From Hyaloraphidium curvatum SAG 235-1 (taxonomy: Eukaryota; Fungi; Monoblepharomycota), in assembly GCA_025558095.1 (NCBI GenBank), contig JAIVFI010000035.1, positions 372,001 to 436,000 of the forward strand: 64,000 nt of DNA, written 5' to 3'. How positions within the stretch are numbered: position 1 is the stretch's first letter; the number at the start of each line of letters is the position of its first letter. The translations under genes and the position numbers were made by a program. The notes beneath the pieces were generated by a model. That model had not been told where the DNA came from, searched no databases, and worked only from the letters and a program-made list of their open reading frames with translations. This document shows, one piece after another, positions 56,904-64,000 of this stretch.

Positions 56904-58390
56904 CTCGTGTGGTGCCGCGGGGACTTTCTCGGGATCAGATCAACCGGAGGGACCCCCGGCGCCGGGGTTTTTGTGTTCGGGGCGTTCTGCCGCCTTCCCG
57001 CTTCCACTGCGGGTACCAGCGGATGATGGGTGGAAGAACTCCCTGCACCGCACTCCAAAAAAAGACGTCATTCCGGTTTCCCTCTCCACGCCCTCGGCGC
57101 CGCACGGAGCGAAGCCTCCCGGGGCCAGGATGGAACAAGTCCTCCCCGGTGCCCGATTGTGCACGCGCGTGCGGTGGCGGTCGGATGGGGAGAGTGGGGG
57201 ACAAAGCGGATGATCCTGCTGGGCGGGCGGTGCGGGAGTCAGCGCCAGGAGCTTTTTCCGCCCATAGTGCGCGGCAGATCCCATGAGGCAGAGGCTGGCT
57301 TGGCGGTACTGGGTTTTGGCTGGTTGTGTCCCGGTGTGATCGGGACGCGGATCTAGGTACTGGAGTCGAGGACGAAACAGGAGTCCCGCCTCCTGGTTCA
57401 ATGGGAGAAAACATCGCTGGCTGCATGCCACTCTGGAGCTCCTCCCTCTCCAACCCCTCGTCAATGATAGCCCGAAGCGTCCCGCGGTGCCGTCCCATGT
57501 CGCTCAAGTCCTGGCTCTAGTCCGGCCCTTTGGCCCAAACGCAACCTGCGCCGCCCCTTGGCGCCAACCTACTGCCCAGTACTAAAGTGAGAGATCTAAT
57601 AAATAAGGTAGAAATAGATTAAGCTAGATAGTACTATAAGATTTGCGTTAGACTGATGAGCCAAAAGGGAGTATAGGATAATCTATGGAGCATTACGATA
57701 GTCTAGAGAGCTAAGAGGAGGAACACCAAGAGTACGTCCGAATCCTCCTCATCTGATTCTGCTTTGTATTCCGACCCGTAGCACTCAGGGCTTCCTTTAT
57801 TCTGAGAGCCTACATTGGACGATCTGACGGAGTCTGACGCCGCCGAAAAGATGGATTTCCATGGTCTTCCCATTTTGGAGCCGGCTGACAAGGATGGGGA
57901 CGAGGACATGGGTGGTGCCGACCAGCTGGCCGCTGAGAACGCCATCAGCAGTGCTGCACAGCAGGTTGCAGCCAATACCGCGCTGGAGGATCTGGAGCTT
58001 GCTGCTCCCGCAATGGAGGGCACGGAATCTGCGATGGAGGAGGATGCCACCGGCTCTGAGGCCTCGGGTGGAAACGACGCCGCCTCCGAAGCCTCTGCTG
58101 AGGGCGATGGTGCGACGGTCCGGGTCGGAACCGGGCCTGAAGCTCTAACCCGGCGCGCGAATCCCGCTCGGCTCTTCGGGTCGGATAGGCCCTGAATATG
58201 AATAAGCGAACAGCGCTGAAGATACTTGACTGTAGCCGGGGGAAAGAGGTTACGGGATGTCTCCCGGGGTGCGTCCCAAGGGCTCTCAGAACGAGGATCC
58301 GGCCGGGCGGGGTTCCGCACGGTGGTCGAACGACACGGAGAGCACGTAGAGTCAACTGGCGATCAAGATTGTACTGTTACATGTCCCGCT

Positions 58391-58586
58391 CTTTATATAT
58401 CCCAGGAGGGTGGCTGTGCCGAGTCACTTGCGAGTCGCTCGCGAGTCGCTCGCGAGTGACTCGCGAGTCACTCGCGAGTCGATCGCGAGTCGATCACGAG
58501 TCGATCGCGAGGACCGACGCCTCCACGCCTCCGAACCGAAAATGAAAATACCCTTGTCCGAATGTCAGACGTCCTGTACCTTCGCA
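58391..58586 (-). promoter_or_regulatory. Putative U3 part of the 3' LTR: TG start after a PPT-like tract, 11-bp repeat array, TATA box
   Basis: On the minus strand TTTTGGGTGGGGGCG is followed by TGCGAAGG at 58586, and TATATAAAG lies at 58391-58399. The other LTR is outside the window, so the limits are unconfirmed. Confidence 0.45.
58420..58511. repeat. Eight tandem near-palindromic 11-mers, consensus CGAGTC(G/A)(C/A)TCG
   Basis: cgagtcacttg-cgagtcgctcg-cgagtcgctcg-cgagtgactcg-cgagtcactcg-cgagtcgatcg-cgagtcgatca-cgagtcgatcg. Confidence 0.9.
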
Positions 58587-58738
58587 CGCCCCCACCCAAA
58601 AGAAGGCGCCGCCCTCGGCGCCACGAAATCGAAGATCCTCCGCGGAGTGACGTCATGCTTGCAGTAGAAGATGTTGAAGGCCGAGGTGGAGACAACAGAT
58701 GTTGGAGAGTGTAGGGCCGAAGGGTGGCTTAGGCGTCC

Positions 58739-61700
58739 TCAAAGTCGACGTCGGCGTCCGCCTCGTCGTCGCTCGGCGGCGGGGCGCGGAGCCGGCGGGT
58801 AAAGCCGAGAGCGAAGGCGGCATGCACGGCTGAGCCGTCCGCGGCCGAGGGGGAACTCGTTCACCGGTTCCGAGAGATCGAGCTCTTCACCGGCGGCGAG
58901 CTCCGGGGCGCGTGCGTTCCACGAGCGCGCGTTGAAGGTGGCCGACTCCCAAGGCTTGTAGCGCGCCAGCCGGTCCACATGCACAGTGGTGACGTGGTCG
59001 GTCTCGTAGACGTGTCTACACTTCCAGGTGAGCTCGGTGTGGCCTGACTCCTCGATGCGGTAGGGCCCAAGATAACGAGAGACGAACTTGCCCGGCTCGC
59101 CCTTGCGCGGTCGTTCTGGTCCCCAGATGAGCACGAGGTCGCCGGGGCGGAAGGTAATCGGAAGCCGGGTAGCGTTGGCCTTGGCGTTCCGAGTCTCCGC
59201 CGCTGCGGCCATCTTCTCGGCCACCAGGTCGTAGGCCGCACGAAGCTGCGCCACGAGCTCCACGACGTAGGTCCGCCGGCGCTCATCCTCTGTCTTCTTG
59301 TCCTCCTCGTCGCTGGCCCGCAGGTGCACTGGCTCGCGAATCTCGGTCTCGTCGTAAAGTAGGTCGAGCGGAATACGAGCATCCCGACCATGCATCAGAA
59401 AGAACGGAGTTTCGCCGGTCGTCGCGTGGATGGAGGTCCGGAAGGCAAAGATGACCCCCACGATGTCCTCGTCCCATGTCTGGTAGTTCTTGGAGACCGC
59501 TGCGCTCAGGGCGTCGATGATCCACCGGTTCGGGCGCTCCGCGAGGGAAGCCCTGGGATGCCCAACCGTGACCAGGCCCCGGTTGATGCCGAGTAGCTTG
59601 AGCAGGTACTCCATGTAATGGTTGTCCAGGTTCGAGGCGTTGTCGTGGTGAATCCGCTTCGGAAGACCGTGCTCGAGAATCCATCGCGTATAGAGCAGCT
59701 TCGCCGTCGTCGGCCCAGAGAGGTCCGGAGTCGGATACGCCGCGACCCATTTAGTGAACGGATCGTAGACGACGAGAAGGTACTTGTTGCCGCGGGGCGT
59801 GGCCGGATTGATCTCGCCGATGTAGTCGATGTAGATGTCCTCGTTGGGACCTGTGAGAGGAACCGATTTCAGTAAGCCCTGGTTCGATACCGAAGGCATC
59901 TTCCGGGTCATGCATGTAAGGCAGGCTCGCGTCCAGCGGCGAACGTCGTGCGCCATGCCGACCCAATATACGCGGCGCCGCAGATTGCTGTACGCCCGGT
60001 GTCGCCCGACGTGCCCGCTCAGGGGATCGTCGTGCGCACGTTGCAGGTAGGCCTCCCTCAGCTCGTGCGGTATCACGAGCTGGGTGACCGGGATACGACG
60101 GGTACCAGTCGCGAGTACATCGCGCCGGCAGAGCACGCCGTCCGTAGCGAGGAAGTACTGCTCGCCGTACTTCTTGCAGAATTTGGCCAGATTCACGTTG
60201 GGAGGGAGCTCCCCGTCTCGCACGAAGCGGATCAGCGCGCTGGTCTCGACGTCGGCTTCTTGCACTTTGCGCAGGGCATCCCGGGATCTGACGTCGGCAA
60301 GGTCAATAGCACTGATGCCCCCGACATCGGGTAGCACCTCAAGCAGTGCCGGATGAAGGAACGCCAGGTCTCGCTCAGGCACGTCTGCCGGGTCGACCTG
60401 TGCGTTCGTCGTTGGGATCGGCAGGAGGATCTGCGTCTCCGGTGCCGCAGCCTCGGGCAGGGTCCCCGGATCGCTCCACAGGGTTCCCTCCACTGCGGCA
60501 ACCGTGGCCGGGAACTCCGTGCCAGACAGCACTCGCTCCATTGATTCACAATTGACTGAGGAACCCGCAGTAGCTCGTCCCGAGTCTGACTCGGTGACTG
60601 GGGTTGACGAAGAACGGGAAGTCTGACCGAGATCACTCCCGGAGAGGAATCCGGGCGCCCGTCCCCCCCCAGAAAAAGAAGAAAAAGGCAAGGGGTCGGG
60701 AGGGTTTGGGGGCCAAAAGGCAGGGATGTCCAAGATTTCCTCGGGGTCGCCCATAGGCACGTCCTCGTCGGGCGACGGCGCCACGAGCTGACGAGACAGG
60801 AAGTCGGCGTTGGAGTTCGCTTTGCCCGAGCGATGGATGATCTGGAACCTGAAGTCCGAGAGCCGGAGGATCCAGCGCTGTAGGCGGCCCGGCTTGGAGG
60901 TCTCCAAGAGCCATTTGAGGGCGCTATGGTCGGTGACCACCTCAAACTCGTCCCCGATCAAATACGCCCGGAAATGCTCGCATGCCCAAACAACGGCCAG
61001 GGCTTCGCGCTCCCGAGTGTCCCACTTGCGCTCGTTCGGCTGCAGAGCGCGGCTGGCGTAGGCGATGACGTACTCCTTGCCATCGGAGTCCCGCTGGCTG
61101 AGCACCGCGCCGAGGCCGATATCGCTGGCATCCGTGAACAAGACGAAGCGCTTGGAAAAGTCGGGGCGACGGAGCACGGGCGCCGACGTAAGCCGTTCCT
61201 TTAGCATACGGAAGGCGGCCTCGCATGCGTCGTCCCAGGCCCGAGAGACCGAGACGCCGTCCTGCGTCAGGCGGGTGAGCGGGCTGGCAATGTTGGCGTA
61301 GCCGGCAATGAAGGGGCGATAGTAGTTGGAGAGGCCGAGAAACGATTGGAGCTCCTTCTTGGTCGTTGGGCGGGGGAACTGGTCCACCGCGCGGGTCTTC
61401 TCGGGGTCGACCTTGAGGCCGTCGGCGGTGACGTAATGCCCGAGGTATTTGACCTCGCGGCGGAAGAACTTGCATTTGGCCAGCTTCAGAGTCATCCCGG
61501 CCTCGCGCAGTCGGTCAAAGAGGAGCTCCAGGTGCACGAGGTGCTCGTCGACCGTCTGCGAGAAGATAATGATGTCGTCGATGAAGACCACCAAGCAGTA
61601 CCACTGGAGGCCGGCGAGGAGCTCGTCCATGATCCGAGCAAAGGTTGCAGGAGCGTTGGTAAAGCCCATGGCCATCCGCTCCCACTGGTAGAGACCGCGG

Positions 61701-63661
61701 TGCGTCGTGAAGGCCGTCTTTTCCTTGTCCTCGTCGGCCACCTCCACGTGCCAAAAGCCGGAGCGGATGTCGCAAACGCTCCACACCTTGGCCGCGCTGA
61801 GGAGAGCGAGAGTGTCGCTTGGGTTCTTCATCGGGTAGACGTCGCGCTTGGTGGCGGCGTTGAGCTTCCGGTAATCGATCACCAGGCGCCATTCGCCCGA
61901 GCCGTGCCCTTTTGGCACCATGATGCAGGGCGTGGCCCAGGGGCTTCGCGAGGGGACGACTACGCCCTGCACGAGCAGGTCGTCGATGATCTTGTCCATT
62001 TCCCCGCGAAGCCGGAACGGGGTCCGGTACGGCATCTGGTGGATCGGCTTGAGGTCGCCCGTGTCGATCCGGAAGCGATGGTTGCGCAGCTTGCCGATCC
62101 AAGGACCAAACACGTCCCGGTAGCGGTCGCAGAGCTTATGGAAACGAGGTTTGTCCCCCTCGCTCAGGATCGTTTGGTCCATCTTGAGCTCGATAGCCTC
62201 GACCGGAGGAGGCTCCACGCCGGGAGGCTGAGGTGGTCCAATCGATCCCGGCGAGGGCACCGCGAACAGATCGATGGTCTCCTCGACCGTGAGCGTGGAT
62301 TCGGCCGGTTCGGTGTGGGGCAGCTCGGGCTCCAGCATCGAGATCTGCGCGGGAGCCAGATACGTGGGCGGTTCCGGAGCGAGAAATCCAGGAATCCGCA
62401 CGCGGAAGCGGCCGAGGTGGGTGCCCGGGCCGATCGTGACCGGTGTCGTCCCGTAGTTGCGGATGAGAATCGGCAGCCGACCGTCTCTGTCGGGCGTCGC
62501 CGACGGGATGATGAAGAGGCGATCGAACGGCGAAGTGTTCGGCGTCTCGATGACCCCTGTCAAGTCCATCTCCACGACGGTCGCCAAGGGAGTCGTCGGG
62601 GCCAGCTCAGCGGTGATCGAGACGTCCTCGTTGGGGTAGACCGTGATGGAGGTGGTTGAATGGAGCGGGGCGACCAGGTGTGATCCGAAGAGCGGTCGCG
62701 CAACAATGTGCATTGGCACGACGACCCCCTCCGGATCGTCCTTGAAATAGAGGACCGGCGTCTCCCAGTCCATCTGAACGCGTAGGGCGGAGAGCCAAGG
62801 GGTGCCGAGGATCACGTCGTCCATGAGACCGTCCATGATGGCGACGTCCATGACGCAGTGTTGATTCCCGACCAGGATGTCCATCTTAGCAACTCCGCGG
62901 ACCCACATGGTTCCGCCGGCCGCGGCCGTGCTGAGGGTGCCGAGTGTCCATGGTTTGATCGGTGGCGACGGGTGGATCCGGCAGAAGAAGGACGACCGAA
63001 CCGCCACCACTGAGGCACCGGAGTCGACGAGGGCCGCGGGGGTATTCACGCCGTTGACCCATGCCGAAACGCGTGCCGCCTGATAGTGGAACTGCACTTG
63101 CGAAGTCCACGTCCAGCGATCCGGCGGAGGGGCGACCGGAGCAGGTGGCCGCGGGCGAGGCCGAGGGCCAGGCAGCGGTGGTCGTGCGTAGGCGGAAGGA
63201 GGAGGGGGCCTTTCGAAAGGTCCGGGAACGGCGCGGACGGTCGGGCCCTCGTGCATAGGTGCATCCGCTGATCCCGCGTCCGCATCCTGTGCCGCCGGTT
63301 CACCGTTTCCCACGACCTCGACCGAGCCGGGCGACGCCGAATCCGCTGCCGGCGGCGGGGCCAGGGTCTCGTCGATCGGCATGAGCGCCTCCCGCTGCTG
63401 ACGAACGGCGGCCTGTCGAGCTGCCTCCGCCTCGAGGAAGAGGATGTACTCCGTGCCCCCGAAGGGCCAATGATGAACGTGGTCCTCCGCCGTCGGTTCA
63501 TCGGTCGCGGAATCCGACAACTCCGGCGATCCGCCAGGAGATGAAGGGTCCGTGCCGTCCGGCAGCGGGGAAGTTCCAGGAAGAGGTTCCACATGTGGTT
63601 CAAGAGCTTGGATCTCTGCCCCCCTATGGCCGTGCGGCACTGAGGGCAAAGCTAGTTTTTT
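58739..63661 (-). CDS. pol: Retrotransposon Pol polyprotein (protease, dUTPase-like insert, RT, RNase H, integrase)
   Basis: ALVDSGAS; RLVIDYRKLN, GFTNAPATF, VFIDDII; LFTDASD, TDHSAL, NADFLSR; integrase H..H..CLTC, IDYIG, HHDNA, LAERPN. Confidence 0.95.
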   Translation of the reverse strand, partial: KKLALPSVPHGHRGAEIQALEPHVEPLPGTSPLPDGTDPSSPGGSPELSDSATDEPTAEDHVHHWPFGGTEYILFLEAEAARQAAVRQQREALMPIDETLAPPPAADSASPGSVEVVGNGEPAAQDADAGSADAPMHEGPTVRAVPGPFERPPPPSAYARPPLPGPRPRPRPPAPVAPPPDRWTWTSQVQFHYQAARVSAWVNGVNTPAALVDSGASVVAVRSSFFCRIHPSPPIKPWTLGTLSTAAAGGTMWVRGVAKMDILVGNQHCVMDVAIMDGLMDDVILGTPWLSALRVQMDWETPVLYFKDDPEGVVVPMHIVARPLFGSHLVAPLHSTTSITVYPNEDVSITAELAPTTPLATVVEMDLTGVIETPNTSPFDRLFIIPSATPDRDGRLPILIRNYGTTPVTIGPGTHLGRFRVRIPGFLAPEPPTYLAPAQISMLEPELPHTEPAESTLTVEETIDLFAVPSPGSIGPPQPPGVEPPPVEAIELKMDQTILSEGDKPRFHKLCDRYRDVFGPWIGKLRNHRFRIDTGDLKPIHQMPYRTPFRLRGEMDKIIDDLLVQGVVVPSRSPWATPCIMVPKGHGSGEWRLVIDYRKLNAATKRDVYPMKNPSDTLALLSAAKVWSVCDIRSGFWHVEVADEDKEKTAFTTHRGLYQWERMAMGFTNAPATFARIMDELLAGLQWYCLVVFIDDIIIFSQTVDEHLVHLELLFDRLREAGMTLKLAKCKFFRREVKYLGHYVTADGLKVDPEKTRAVDQFPRPTTKKELQSFLGLSNYYRPFIAGYANIASPLTRLTQDGVSVSRAWDDACEAAFRMLKERLTSAPVLRRPDFSKRFVLFTDASDIGLGAVLSQRDSDGKEYVIAYASRALQPNERKWDTREREALAVVWACEHFRAYLIGDEFEVVTDHSALKWLLETSKPGRLQRWILRLSDFRFQIIHRSGKANSNADFLSRQLVAPSPDEDVPMGDPEEILDIPAFWPPNPPDPLPFSSFSGGGRAPGFLSGSDLGQTSRSSSTPVTESDSGRATAGSSVNCESMERVLSGTEFPATVAAVEGTLWSDPGTLPEAAAPETQILLPIPTTNAQVDPADVPERDLAFLHPALLEVLPDVGGISAIDLADVRSRDALRKVQEADVETSALIRFVRDGELPPNVNLAKFCKKYGEQYFLATDGVLCRRDVLATGTRRIPVTQLVIPHELREAYLQRAHDDPLSGHVGRHRAYSNLRRRVYWVGMAHDVRRWTRACLTCMTRKMPSVSNQGLLKSVPLTGPNEDIYIDYIGEINPATPRGNKYLLVVYDPFTKWVAAYPTPDLSGPTTAKLLYTRWILEHGLPKRIHHDNASNLDNHYMEYLLKLLGINRGLVTVGHPRASLAERPNRWIIDALSAAVSKNYQTWDEDIVGVIFAFRTSIHATTGETPFFLMHGRDARIPLDLLYDETEIREPVHLRASDEEDKKTEDERRRTYVVELVAQLRAAYDLVAEKMAAAAETRNAKANATRLPITFRPGDLVLIWGPERPRKGEPGKFVSRYLGPYRIEESGHTELTWKCRHVYETDHVTTVHVDRLARYKPWESATFNARSWNARAPELAAGEELDLSEPVNEFPLGRGRLSRACRLRSRLYPPAPRPAAERRRGGRRRRL

Positions 63662-64000
63662 GGCATCGAAGGGGTGTTGCCGAGGCGAGACTTCCAGTTG
63701 AGTGGGCGGCGGTTGGCATTCTTCTCCAACTCCCAGCACTCGTCCTGAGCATGCCCATCCATGCCACAGAGATGGCAGTGGCGAGGCTGGAAGCGCTTCT
63801 GGTCGCGGTACTCCGAGGTGAAGGGCCGGCGATCCTGGCGCTCCTGCTGCTGGCGGGGCCGATCGATCGGAGGAGGCCTCGCGGGGGGGTTCGACCTGGT
63901 CTCCGCGGCCTGAACCTGATGGCGAGGCGACGGCAGCAGCTTGGTGATGAGCTCCTTGATCTCGACGAGGTCGCTGTTCGGCCCCGAAGGCGGCAACGGC
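63652..64000 (-). CDS. gag: Retrotransposon Gag C-terminus (partial) with CCHC zinc knuckle
   Basis: CHLCGMDGHAQDEC (Cx2Cx4Hx4C). Stop TAG immediately follows the A-AAA-AAC slippery site. Confidence 0.88.
   Translation of the reverse strand, partial: PLPPSGPNSDLVEIKELITKLLPSPRHQVQAAETRSNPPARPPPIDRPRQQQERQDRRPFTSEYRDQKRFQPRHCHLCGMDGHAQDECWELEKNANRRPLNWKSRLGNTPSMPKN

Larger units (their letters stand above)
57570..64000 (-). mobile_element. Ty3/Gypsy LTR retrotransposon, 5' part beyond the window edge; left boundary uncertain
   Basis: gag zinc knuckle followed by pol in the order PR-RT-RNaseH-IN, with an uninterrupted pol frame. Confidence 0.9.

Noticed and set aside
161-64000. Hundreds of long Arg/Pro/Gly/Ala-rich overlapping ORFs in the ORF track
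   Set aside because: These are expected in very GC-rich DNA with few stop codons. They overlap better-supported genes in other frames and lack motifs.

Overview
A gene-dense, very GC-rich eukaryotic region with many short (about 45-75 nt) GT-AG introns carrying CTRAC-type branch points. A Zn2Cys6 transcription factor, an axonemal dynein light chain (DNAL1) and a cobalamin-processing CblC/MMACHC gene together point to an early-diverging, chytrid/monoblepharid-type fungus (inference). About 28 host genes can be reconstructed: HELLS/DDM1 remodeller, mitochondrial carrier, sulfotransferase-like protein, two transcription factors, serine hydrolase, YciI, DNAL1, FAD oxidoreductase, FAH hydrolase, MFS transporter, fasciclin, three phosphoesterases, an F-box-like pair, a kinase and others. 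There is also an LRR-kinase pseudogene and, at the right end, a Ty3/Gypsy LTR retrotransposon with a clear -1 gag-pol frameshift signal. The most unusual elements are: (1) an intronless glycosylation locus at 47.6-55.4 kb, where two inverted copies of an EamA/DMT transporter fused to a GT8-like glycosyltransferase enclose an O-fucosyltransferase-like gene and a six-unit, ~155-bp repeat array with a conserved inverted repeat; (2) a CblC/MMACHC fused to a CxxC thioredoxin-like domain; (3) a small HNH-nuclease-motif gene visible only after splicing three introns. Exon boundaries were read by eye, and family assignments come from motif recognition, not database searches.
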